In this document: piece by piece, positions 8,247 to 17,288 of the stretch | How the letters are laid out: every line of letters begins with the position of its first letter | Numbering within the stretch: the first letter of the stretch is position 1 | DNA from: a virus | Taxonomy: Duplodnaviria; Caudoviricetes | IMG/VR virus record: IMGVR_UViG_3300050014_000374 | Location: 1 to 26,865 of that record | Direction: 5' to 3' (one strand) | DNA: 26,865 nucleotides | Translations under genes and position numbers: made by a program | Notes under the pieces: model-generated | The model's input: only the letters and a program-made list of their open reading frames with translations | Database searches by the model: none | Told to the model about the DNA's origin: nothing

Positions 8247-9091
8247 GCAGACCAACAAAGCAAGGAGTCGATTACTTTCCAGTAGATGTCCAATTTGATG
8301 ATAAAATAGAAATTCTAATCGCTGATAAGGGAGCTGAAGGACTTGGAATTTTAATTACGATTTGGCAATTAATATATCAGAATGAGGGATACTATATTAA
8401 AGACAGTGAGGATCTATGCTTGTTGATAAGAAGACGAAGCATGTCAGTGCCGGAAAAGATAAAAGAACTGATAAAATCTGCACTGGATAGGGATATTTTT
8501 GACAAAGATTTATATAAAAAATACAAAATCTTGACTTCTAAGGCTTTACAAAAAAGATATGCAATAGCATCAAAAAAGAAAACAGTTGTGAAAATCAATA
8601 AGAAATACTGGTTAAGTGGGGTTTCCGTCAACGAAAACACCGCATATATAGGGATAGATTCCTCCGATAATGCCACAAATGTAAAAGAAGATGTAGATGT
8701 AAAGGTAGATATAGAAGTAAAAGGAAAAGAAGATGGGCAAACCGATTTCATCAGCAAAATATTTTTAGATTGCTGGGGAATACCAAGTATTAGGATCACT
8801 ACTCAACAAAGAATGATTATGGAAGGATGGATACCTTTATACGGAGAGAGAGAAATTCAGCTTGCATGTAATGAAGCGGTGAAACAGGGCAAAGATCACA
8901 AAGCATTAGCATATATAGAAAAGATAATGAGCAACAAGGTCCAGAAGATCGCTATTGAGAAATCAAAAGCTGAAGCACTTAAAAAGAAAATTGAAGTTCA
9001 GGAATCAGCAACATCGAAACCTTGGACAAAAGGAATATTATTAAATGAACTTTATGACGATGAAGGTAGATTAAAAAAGGTCATTAAATGA
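8243..9091 (+). CDS. DUF4373 (Lin1244/Lin1753-like) phage replication initiator
   Basis: MSRPTKQGVDYFP.D, IY.NEGYY, ILTS..LQKRY. C-terminal DnaD-like AYIEKIM. ATGA-coupled to HNH. Confidence 0.8.
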   Translation: MSRPTKQGVDYFPVDVQFDDKIEILIADKGAEGLGILITIWQLIYQNEGYYIKDSEDLCLLIRRRSMSVPEKIKELIKSALDRDIFDKDLYKKYKILTSKALQKRYAIASKKKTVVKINKKYWLSGVSVNENTAYIGIDSSDNATNVKEDVDVKVDIEVKGKEDGQTDFISKIFLDCWGIPSIRITTQQRMIMEGWIPLYGEREIQLACNEAVKQGKDHKALAYIEKIMSNKVQKIAIEKSKAEALKKKIEVQESATSKPWTKGILLNELYDDEGRLKKVIK

Positions 9092-9129
9092 ACCCCCTTA
9101 AAAATAACCATTAACAGTGAGGTAAAATA

Positions 9130-9366
9130 ATGCATATAAAGTATGACAAACAAAGCGAAGATGAATTTTACAATAAAATACACCCTTACGGACAAACCAA
9201 ACTGGCGAAACAATTACAAACATTGGAACGAGGCATAGCTTGTGATGGCGAAATAGAGGTGGTTTATTATATCAAGACTTCTGATGTTCGCAAGCTCGTT
9301 AAGTCAATAATCAAAACCAAGAACAAACAAATCGCATACTACAAAAGATGTGCGAGAATGGATTAA
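9130..9366 (+). CDS. hypothetical protein
   Basis: 78 aa, GAGGT SD. C-terminus shared with 11114-11419. Confidence 0.6.
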   Translation: MHIKYDKQSEDEFYNKIHPYGQTKLAKQLQTLERGIACDGEIEVVYYIKTSDVRKLVKSIIKTKNKQIAYYKRCARMD

Positions 9367-9370
9367 ATAA

Positions 9371-9949
<579 letters not shown>

Positions 9950-9976
9950 TTTAATTAAATCAACAAGGATAATATA

Positions 9977-10417
9977 ATGAAACAGATAATTGAACAGTTC
10001 AAGAAGAAATGGGATTGGCGTAGAATGGACGAACACTCTGATTGGAATGATATGTTTGTGGAAGTGGAGTCTATTGCAAAACAATCCTTCGATCTCGGTC
10101 TTGCCACAGGTAAGGCAGAGAATAAAGACTGGTTCAAAGATGTGAGAAATCATACTATAGCATTTATTCAAACCGCAACTGAAAATGAATTGATGCAGGC
10201 ACTAAAAGAAGCTGATATAGATTTTTATTCCAAGATAAAAGATACTGTATTTTCTAAGCCACAGACAGAGAGTTGTAAGTGGACTATTGATGATAAAGAA
10301 GAAAATTATAATACGGATTGCAAAGAACATATTAGCGTTTTAGCACTTATGGGACTTACAGATAGTTTCAAATTCTGCCCTTTCTGTAAACTCCCTATCT
10401 CCATAGAGGGGGAATAA
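9977..10417 (+). CDS. hypothetical protein with C-terminal Cys (Zn-ribbon-like) motif
   Basis: C.W...Y.TDC...FKFCPFC. AAGGA SD. Confidence 0.6.
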   Translation: MKQIIEQFKKKWDWRRMDEHSDWNDMFVEVESIAKQSFDLGLATGKAENKDWFKDVRNHTIAFIQTATENELMQALKEADIDFYSKIKDTVFSKPQTESCKWTIDDKEENYNTDCKEHISVLALMGLTDSFKFCPFCKLPISIEGE

Positions 10418-10665
10418 TGAATAATATGCCCTTAAAGATTTATATAAGTGAACTAATGGGTAGACATTTAGTTACACACCCAGAATATAATCCAATACTC
10501 GTAAGGGCGGACATAATTCCTAATGCCGAACAATCCGTTCCATACTATTCTGAAAGCTATGTCAATGAATTGAAAAAACAAATTAAGCAATTACCGAGAC
10601 GAAATGAATGGATAAGATACCAAAACAGTTTATCGAAACATCTAAAAAAATTGATGCTCTGTTAA
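10417..10665 (+). CDS. hypothetical protein (3' end possibly rearranged)
   Basis: TAATG-coupled, GAGGGG SD. Overlaps the next ORF by 58 nt beyond a 20-bp repeat. Confidence 0.45.
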   Translation: MNNMPLKIYISELMGRHLVTHPEYNPILVRADIIPNAEQSVPYYSESYVNELKKQIKQLPRRNEWIRYQNSLSKHLKKLMLC

Positions 10666-10928
10666 ATGATCTTGAAAAAGGAAATGTTGACAGGGGTTGG
10701 ATTAAAATTCAACTGCTTGCACTAATAGAAGAGACTATTAAAAAGGTTTCAAACCTTGACAAACAAATCCATGACGATTTAAGAGAGAGCCAAAAGAAGT
10801 TAATGGAGAAGATTGATAAAATGCAGTGGATAGAATTTGATAAGCAGAAACCAGAACATAGTGGGGAGTATATTATCAGTAATGGAGATGAGGTATTTCC
10901 AAGTCTTTATTACCGAGACGAAATGAAT
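10590..10928 (+). repeat. exact 20-bp direct repeat ATTACCGAGACGAAATGAAT
   Basis: Copies at 10590-10609 and 10909-10928. Confidence 0.9.
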
Positions 10929-11006
10929 TTCTATAGCAGCAACCACATTAAAGTAATCGTACGGGAATGGATGCCCTTACCATCCTTACCAGAAGGAGAA
11001 AAGTAA
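10608..11006 (+). CDS. DUF551-domain protein
   Basis: QWIEFDKQKPE...V.EWMPLPSLP. Confidence 0.7.
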   Translation: MDKIPKQFIETSKKIDALLNDLEKGNVDRGWIKIQLLALIEETIKKVSNLDKQIHDDLRESQKKLMEKIDKMQWIEFDKQKPEHSGEYIISNGDEVFPSLYYRDEMNFYSSNHIKVIVREWMPLPSLPEGEK

Positions 11007-11113
11007 ATGAGCGCAGATAAAAGAAAACTTCATGATAGGGCAATGCAATTTTAAGCGGGACATTACCACTAACTGAATATCAGGATATTAACTAACTAAC
11101 GTAAGAGAGAATA

Positions 11114-11419
11114 ATGGACAAAGAAGAACTTAAAGACTATATCCTAAAACAAGCGGGATTAAATGCTGTAGTCATTATGACTATTGAGGGAATACAAACG
11201 ATAGATTTGGATGCTTTTATTAAACAACCCGCCGAAGGGATATTATATGACCTTAACCGAGACCCCGTAACCGTATTAACATTCCTTGAAAATCCTAAAT
11301 GGATAAACGATTATGCTTGTGGATTAGTAATTACAAAACTTAAAAATAAATTAAAAGAAACAATCAAAAAGAAAAATAAACAAATCGCAAGGTGGAAACG
11401 CATTGCAGAAATGGATTAG
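11114..11419 (+). CDS. hypothetical protein
   Basis: 101-aa ORF in the operon. Confidence 0.6.
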   Translation: MDKEELKDYILKQAGLNAVVIMTIEGIQTIDLDAFIKQPAEGILYDLNRDPVTVLTFLENPKWINDYACGLVITKLKNKLKETIKKKNKQIARWKRIAEMD

Positions 11420-11426
11420 AGGATAT

Positions 11427-12104
11427 ATGCTTAATAAACAGACAGGCAATATGTATGACTTTGTTACTCATACTTGGAATGTAATTAAAGGTAAATGTTC
11501 TCACGAATGTTCTTATTGTTACATGAAACACTTTGCATTAAAGCCTATCCGATTTGATGAAAAGGAATTGAAAACAGATTTAGGGAAAGGGAATTTTATA
11601 TTTGTGGGATCTTCAACTGATATGTTTGCGGAAGATGTTTCAAGAAATTGGATAGTGCCCGTACTCAATCGCTGTCTTGAATTTGATAACACCTATTTAT
11701 TTCAGAGTAAAAACCCCGAAAGATTTAACGAATTTTCTGCTTATCCCGATAAAGTAGTTTTCGGCACAACCATAGAGAGCAACATAGATTATGAAATTTC
11801 AAAAGCACCAAAGATGATGGCTCGCATGATACAGATGGCACAATTAAGGCTTCGTGGTTTTAGAACTATGGTTACACTTGAGCCTATTTTGGAGTTCGAC
11901 TTAAACGCATTAACAAAAATGATTGAAGCTATACGTCCCGAATGGGTTAATATCGGTGCTGATTCTAAAGGGCATAATTTGCCCGAACCATCCTATGAAA
12001 AAATAATGCAACTTTTTAAAAACTTAAAAACTTTTACAACCGTAAAACAAAAGAGAAGTTTAGGAAGACTTAATGCACTAATCGATTATAGGGGGAAGAA
12101 ATGA
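11427..12104 (+). CDS. DUF5131 (Gp37/Gp68, radical-SAM-like) protein
   Basis: TWN...G.CSHECSYCY (CxxxCxxC), IFVGS.TDMF, QSKNP.R, EPIL, WV.IG.DS. GAGG SD before ATG 11427. Confidence 0.8.
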   Translation: MLNKQTGNMYDFVTHTWNVIKGKCSHECSYCYMKHFALKPIRFDEKELKTDLGKGNFIFVGSSTDMFAEDVSRNWIVPVLNRCLEFDNTYLFQSKNPERFNEFSAYPDKVVFGTTIESNIDYEISKAPKMMARMIQMAQLRLRGFRTMVTLEPILEFDLNALTKMIEAIRPEWVNIGADSKGHNLPEPSYEKIMQLFKNLKTFTTVKQKRSLGRLNALIDYRGKK

Positions 12105-12345
12105 TTGATTGGACACATCAGGTAGCAAATTTGAAAAAGGAGAGACAGGCTAATGAATTTGCTTGTGAGTTACTAATGCCAGAATCATTGATTGATAAAT
12201 ACATGGAAGAAAATGAAGTTGATGATTTTTCTGACCTTGATAAAATGGCTAAAGCATTGATGATTTAGGATATGAGATACATGGAGTTACCCATTGGATG
12301 CCCTTACCCCCACTCCCTGTAAAAAAGGAGAAAAGAGATGATTAG
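12101..12345 (+). pseudogene. ImmA/IrrE-type peptidase fragment joined out of frame to a DUF551 C-terminal fragment
   Basis: 12101-12268 encodes ERQANEFACELLMP without HExxH. Another frame from about 12253 reads GVTHWMPLPPLP with no start. Confidence 0.6.
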
Positions 12346-12490
12346 CAAAGCATACCAAAAACGCATAGATAAAATAAATTATTGGCTTCTTACTGAATGG
12401 GGGCAACAGTTTATTTTCAATATTCAGCATAAGGGGAAGCTAAATGGAAAAGAAAAAGAGTTATTAAAGAGATTATCCAAAAGGAGTTAA
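12338..12490 (+). CDS. small hypothetical protein (50 aa, not in ORF track)
   Basis: AAGGAG SD, MISKAYQKRIDKINYWLL... Confidence 0.45.
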   Translation: MISKAYQKRIDKINYWLLTEWGQQFIFNIQHKGKLNGKEKELLKRLSKRS

Positions 12491-12491
12491 C

Positions 12492-12623
12492 ATGACCGAA
12501 CCAAGATGTAAAACAGCAAGTGAGCCAAAGAGTATTAAAGAGGAACTGAGTCAATTCTGTTATGAACAACCAAATAGTAAATTCAATATTCTAAATTCAC
12601 CCCTAATCGACAGCATAGAATGA
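12492..12623 (+). CDS. small hypothetical protein (43 aa, not in ORF track)
   Basis: AAGGAG SD, MTEPRCKTASEPK... Confidence 0.4.
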   Translation: MTEPRCKTASEPKSIKEELSQFCYEQPNSKFNILNSPLIDSIE

Positions 12624-12648
12624 GAATATAAAATAATTAGTGACCTAC

Positions 12649-12677
12649 TTGTAATTGTGTTACCAATTTATTATATT
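12649..12677 (+). promoter_or_regulatory. sigma70-type promoter upstream of packaging module
   Basis: TTGTAA(12649-12654), 17 bp, TATATT(12672-12677), intergenic. Confidence 0.5.
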
Positions 12678-12703
12678 CGCAACAAATCTTAAAAGGTTTT
12701 CTT

Positions 12704-12895
12704 TTGTTGAACGAATACAGCTCACTAATCATCGCACTTCTTTGTATAATAATCAGCATCCTCTGTATCTATGCCTGTGATCTAAAAAGAGACCGCAACT
12801 ATTACAAAACTAATTTCAAATATTGGATGGATTCTACACGTGAGTTAGAGGAAGAGCTATTCAAGATTAAAACCGGGGATAAAGAACTTGCCTGA
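12704..12895 (+). CDS. small membrane protein
   Basis: N-terminal hydrophobic helix LIIALLCIIISILCIYAC, then a charged tail. Confidence 0.5.
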   Translation: MLNEYSSLIIALLCIIISILCIYACDLKRDRNYYKTNFKYWMDSTRELEEELFKIKTGDKELA

Positions 12896-13269
12896 TGAAA
12901 TCCGTAAAAGTTGACATATCGAAAATCAAAATAATTCAAAAATCCTGTGGCTTATTAAATGATAATTCCTTTGCTGTTTATGTGGTTTCTGATATAAGGG
13001 ACAAAAAGGGCTTTTACAGATTATTGCCTGAATTTACTAAGGAATGTTTTATAAATGCAGGACTACAGTTTTATAATGAAATAATCCTTGTGAATGCGGT
13101 TGGCAGTTTACCGATAAGAGTCGGCAGGCAGTTTGGTGGTTATCGTAAGGTTGGCAGAATGCATCAAAATATATTAGTTTTTTATAAAGGCGATCCGAAA
13201 AGAATAAAGGGGAAATTTGGAGAAATTGAAATTGATAAGGATTTATTCCTTGCTGAAGAGGTCGCCTAA
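12895..13269 (+). pseudogene. internally deleted phage ParB/amino-methyltransferase
   Basis: C-terminal motifs V.DIRDKKG.Y, YNEIIL.N.VGS, RK....HQNILVFYKGD. SAM-binding and PPY motifs are absent. A 12-aa ParB-like start is fused in frame. Confidence 0.55.
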
Positions 13270-13655
13270 TGCCTGTTAAGAAAACAAAGGGAAAAGTGCT
13301 TAAAAGTGCGAAAAAAGAAGGTCGTACCGATTGGCTTAGGAATCAGGCATTAGTTCAGACTGCTTATGTTGATTTATTAAAGGAATTGAAAAGATGCCCT
13401 ACTATTCTTGAGGTTGCTAATAAAGTTCACCTATCCATAAAGGCGATTGATAACCACGTAAAGCAATTGAAATTTGAGCCATTAGGGGATTCTATGAGGG
13501 CTTTAACTCCCGACGTGGTGGCTTCGATTTATAATTCAGCACGCAAGGGACAGCCGGCAAGTCAAAAGTTATGGATGCAGATTATGGAGGGGTGGAGAGA
13601 GAAAACAGAAGTTGAACATTCCGGCGGTGTTAAAATCATTAAGGATAACATTTGA
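13269..13655 (+). CDS. terS: terminase small subunit (putative)
   Basis: HTH-like segment, A.KG.....KLW and EKTEVEHSG tail. Directly upstream of TerL. Confidence 0.65.
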   Translation: MPVKKTKGKVLKSAKKEGRTDWLRNQALVQTAYVDLLKELKRCPTILEVANKVHLSIKAIDNHVKQLKFEPLGDSMRALTPDVVASIYNSARKGQPASQKLWMQIMEGWREKTEVEHSGGVKIIKDNI

Positions 13656-13704
13656 AAAGTGCGAATTTAGAGCGTGAATACAATGTGTCCATCGGTAAAA
13701 CACT

Positions 13705-14964
13705 TTGACTGAGACCTGTGTTAATACAGCCGATGTAGTTTTGGAATCGTTTTACGATTTCTGGCAAGCCTGCAGAGATGATCATTATACATTTTACATT
13801 TGTAAGGGTGGCAGGAATAGTGCAAAATCAACAACAATCTCACAAAGAATGATATTCGACTTAATGGATCTTCCCTTGAACGGTTTATGTATTCGTAAGG
13901 TTGGTAATACAATCCAAGAATCTGTTTATGAGCAATTAAAAGAAGCCACTTATTTGTTGGATGTATTTGATGAGTTTGTTTTCACAAAATCTCCATTAAG
14001 AGTAATTTATAAAGCAAGGGGAAATTATATTATATTCAGGGGTGCAGACGATGCGCAAAAATTGAAATCAATTAAGACTTCAAACTTTCCCATAGCTCGT
14101 GTTTGGATTGAAGAACTAACAGAATTTAAGACAGAGGAAGAATTACAGACGATTATGGATTCTGTTTTGCGTGCGGAGTTACCGGAAAATTTAACTTATA
14201 AGTTCTTTTATTCGTATAACCCACCTAAAAGAAAACAGCACTGGGTAAATAAAAAATATGAATCTGTTATAATTCCAAAGAATACATACATACATCACTC
14301 GTCATATTTAGATAATCCTTACTTGCCTTTTCAAACGCTAGAGGAAATAAACGAAGTAAAAGAAAAGAATATCCGTAAATATAACTGGATTTATTTAGGT
14401 GAACCAACCGGTGGGGGGATCGTACCTTTTGAGAACTTAAACTTTAGAAAAATAACAGATGATGAAATAAGAAGTTTTAATAATATAAGGCAGGGCATGG
14501 ATTGGGGTTACGCCGCACATCCTTTCTGCTTCGCAAGATTTCACCTGGATAAGAAAAAAGAAATCTTGTATTTATTTGATGAGGTTTTCGGAGTTGGCTT
14601 ATCTAACCGGAAAGCAGCAGAATCTATAAATGCAAAAAAATATAACGATGAGTGGATTACCGCCGATAGCGCAGAGCCTAAGTCTATAGCAGAAATGAAG
14701 GAATATTCATTAAGGGTAAAGGGAGCAATTAAGGGTCCGGGTTCAGTTGAGTATGGAGAAAAATGGCTTAATGATTTAACAGAAATAGTTATTGACCCCG
14801 ATAGATGTCCTAACTGTGCAAAGCAATTTGAAGATATTGATTACAAAGTTGATAGGGATGGGAATATCAAATCAGAATTAGAAGATGTGGAAAACGAGGC
14901 AATAGACGTAGCTCGTTACGCCTGTGAGGGGGATATGAGAAAAAACAAAATAGAGTTCTTTTAA
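13705..14964 (+). CDS. terL: terminase large subunit, PBSX family
   Basis: KGGRNSAKST (Walker A), WIEE (Walker B), YNPP, GMDWGYA.HP, ADSAEPKSI, IDVARYA. Confidence 0.93.
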   Translation: MTETCVNTADVVLESFYDFWQACRDDHYTFYICKGGRNSAKSTTISQRMIFDLMDLPLNGLCIRKVGNTIQESVYEQLKEATYLLDVFDEFVFTKSPLRVIYKARGNYIIFRGADDAQKLKSIKTSNFPIARVWIEELTEFKTEEELQTIMDSVLRAELPENLTYKFFYSYNPPKRKQHWVNKKYESVIIPKNTYIHHSSYLDNPYLPFQTLEEINEVKEKNIRKYNWIYLGEPTGGGIVPFENLNFRKITDDEIRSFNNIRQGMDWGYAAHPFCFARFHLDKKKEILYLFDEVFGVGLSNRKAAESINAKKYNDEWITADSAEPKSIAEMKEYSLRVKGAIKGPGSVEYGEKWLNDLTEIVIDPDRCPNCAKQFEDIDYKVDRDGNIKSELEDVENEAIDVARYACEGDMRKNKIEFF

Positions 14965-14979
14965 CACAAGGAAATTAAG

Positions 14980-16566
14980 ATGCCATATTTTAGTGGAACG
15001 GACACAGTAAAGCTGCAAATGAATGTAGCTCAAATCAAATCAGACTCAAAACTTATTACTGCAATTATAGAACGCTGGGAGCAATCACACGTATATAGGC
15101 ACATGATTGAGGGGGAAAAATATTACTCGGTTAGGCATGAAATATGTCATAAGGATTTTACTAAAGCGTATATTTTCAATAAAGACATAAATGATTTTGT
15201 CCAGGTAGAGAATAAAAATGCCTCGAATCTGAAAACTATAAATCCATTCCTTAGATACTTAAACAGGCAAAAGACTAACTACATAGCGGGTAAACGTATT
15301 CAATTCACTGTCAAGGATGCAGAGAACAATACGGATGCCGAAACACTACAGGAAAATATTAACAATGAGCTGAATGATTACTTTGAATCAACTGCTTATG
15401 ATTTAGTATTGCATGCCTCGAATAAAGGCATGGAAGTATTGATGCCCTTCATAAATGCAGATGGTAAATTCGATTATAGAATCGCTCCGGCACAGAACAT
15501 CATTCCTGATTATGATGAAGAAACAGGTCAACTTATTTCAGTAATGAGGTATTATGAAAAGGATTATTTAGCAGACAATGACGAACAAAGGGATTCTTTA
15601 AGAACCAGCTCACAGTTAATGGAAGTCCGCAGAGTTGAGATATGGACTAAAGAAGATGTTTCCTATTATGTACAGGACTCACCGGGCGGGCTTTATGTAT
15701 TTGAAAGTTCACGCTCTCATTTTGAATTAACCAATCCTTTGTTAAACCCTGAAGATCAAACAGCAAAAGGAAGCTGGGGGAGACCTCCGTTTATATTCCT
15801 GAATAATAATTCAGAAAAGGAAAGCGATCTATTACCTATTAAATCTCTGTTAGGCGCTTACGATGCTGTCTCTACTGGATTTTTTCAAGATGTTGATACT
15901 ATCCAATCAGTAGTTTATCACGTTAATGATTATGGCGGAACGGATGCTAAAGAGATCCCACAAATGCTAAAGTTATTCAAATCAATAAGCACACAGGGAC
16001 CGGATGGGAAAGTTGAAGCCATTCAAATCGAAATACCATTTGAAGCTAAAAAAGAAATCCTCTCAATACTCGAAAAGAATATTTTCAGATTTGGCGAAGG
16101 TGTAGATTTGACAGCAGTAAATAAGGGGGCTAATATTCCCATCATAGGTGTTGAGGTTACGTTTAATGATTTGTATTTGAAAGGGAATAATACGATCTCT
16201 CAATTAAAGTTAGCACTTAAAGACTTTATTTGGTTTTTAATTTTCTATATGCAGAATAAGAAAATGCCCGGACGTGTTGACTCTAAAAATGTTCAATTAC
16301 TTGCCGATTCTGTTTCTGCTGTTATCAAAGTATCAAAGATTAGTAATGATACGGAGTTAATTACTAATCTGCTTGCAAGTAAAGGCATTATGAGTAATGA
16401 AGCCATAATGAATAAGCACCCCTACATTGATGACGTGGAAACGAATAAGGCTCAATTAGAGGAAGAGGCTACTGTTAATCTTGATACAGTTCCGCCTGAC
16501 AATATCAATGTTGATATGACCAATACTGATATGAATAAGCAGAAACAAAAACAAGTCGCGGTATAA
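14980..16566 (+). CDS. portal protein, SPP1 Gp6-like
   Basis: Position after TerL, 528 aa, G.KYY...H.I, WGRPPFI...NN....SDL..IK.L..AYD, HPYIDD. Confidence 0.88.
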   Translation: MPYFSGTDTVKLQMNVAQIKSDSKLITAIIERWEQSHVYRHMIEGEKYYSVRHEICHKDFTKAYIFNKDINDFVQVENKNASNLKTINPFLRYLNRQKTNYIAGKRIQFTVKDAENNTDAETLQENINNELNDYFESTAYDLVLHASNKGMEVLMPFINADGKFDYRIAPAQNIIPDYDEETGQLISVMRYYEKDYLADNDEQRDSLRTSSQLMEVRRVEIWTKEDVSYYVQDSPGGLYVFESSRSHFELTNPLLNPEDQTAKGSWGRPPFIFLNNNSEKESDLLPIKSLLGAYDAVSTGFFQDVDTIQSVVYHVNDYGGTDAKEIPQMLKLFKSISTQGPDGKVEAIQIEIPFEAKKEILSILEKNIFRFGEGVDLTAVNKGANIPIIGVEVTFNDLYLKGNNTISQLKLALKDFIWFLIFYMQNKKMPGRVDSKNVQLLADSVSAVIKVSKISNDTELITNLLASKGIMSNEAIMNKHPYIDDVETNKAQLEEEATVNLDTVPPDNINVDMTNTDMNKQKQKQVAV

Positions 16567-16569
16567 TAA

Positions 16570-16752
16570 ATGGATAACAATATCGAGAACATGATTCCCT
16601 TCATTATGATAGGGTTTGTATTTGTGTTGGTATTCGGTTTTCAGCTTTTAATCCGTTGGGACGACAGAAGAGATCGCAAAAAATCAGACCCTGATAAAAA
16701 CAAATATACTGAAGATGTCTTCCATGATGAAGATGATTGGTATAAAAACTAA
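16570..16752 (+). CDS. small membrane protein
   Basis: One TM helix (IPFIMIGFVFVLVFGFQLLI) and an acidic tail. Confidence 0.5.
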   Translation: MDNNIENMIPFIMIGFVFVLVFGFQLLIRWDDRRDRKKSDPDKNKYTEDVFHDEDDWYKN

Positions 16753-16801
16753 ACAGGACTTAAAGCAATAAAATGTATTTAATTAAAACGAGAGGTAATA
16801 A

Positions 16802-17059
16802 ATGGGATTGTTTAATAGTGTTTCTAAACTTACTCAAAAAGTTATATCAAAATTTAAGAATACTGGTTATAACGAAAAGAAGGTTCATGTTTCTTCTGCA
16901 AATAACCCATCTCAGAAAGGTATGGCTAAATCTTTTATTATTCGTAAGGGTTTTAGGAAGAACAAAGAACAACCCAAGATGTCTAATAGACAAAAACGGA
17001 TTAAGAATAATCCTGTAAGCAAATATTGGTTCGGCAACTTTTCACCTGTTAAATATTGA
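16802..17059 (+). CDS. small basic hypothetical protein
   Basis: GAGGT SD, Lys/Arg-rich 85 aa. Confidence 0.55.
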   Translation: MGLFNSVSKLTQKVISKFKNTGYNEKKVHVSSANNPSQKGMAKSFIIRKGFRKNKEQPKMSNRQKRIKNNPVSKYWFGNFSPVKY

Positions 17060-17066
17060 GGTTAAT

Positions 17067-17288
17067 ATGTTAATTAGTAGAGGTCGGTTTGATGGATTAT
17101 GTAACGAGAATAAAGAATTATGGAAAGAGATTTGTCATCTTTGGGACAGGATAAATCTTCTATCTAAAACACTTGGCTATGAATTTAAGCCAGAGGACAG
17201 GAAGGAAATTCCCGCACAGGTGAAGATTGAGCCGGCACAATTTGTCCCCGTTAATAAATCAAAGAGTAAATTCCAGGTTGTAAAATAA
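17067..17288 (+). CDS. hypothetical protein
   Basis: GAGGT SD, 73 aa, abuts the next gene. Confidence 0.55.
   Translation: MLISRGRFDGLCNENKELWKEICHLWDRINLLSKTLGYEFKPEDRKEIPAQVKIEPAQFVPVNKSKSKFQVVK

Noticed and set aside
8392-8799. 135-aa minus ORF within the replication initiator
   Set aside because: Shadow sequence, no recognisable domain or expression signals.
16773-17018. Alternative-frame 81-aa ORF
   Set aside because: 16802-17059 has a clear GAGGT SD and fits the gene spacing better.
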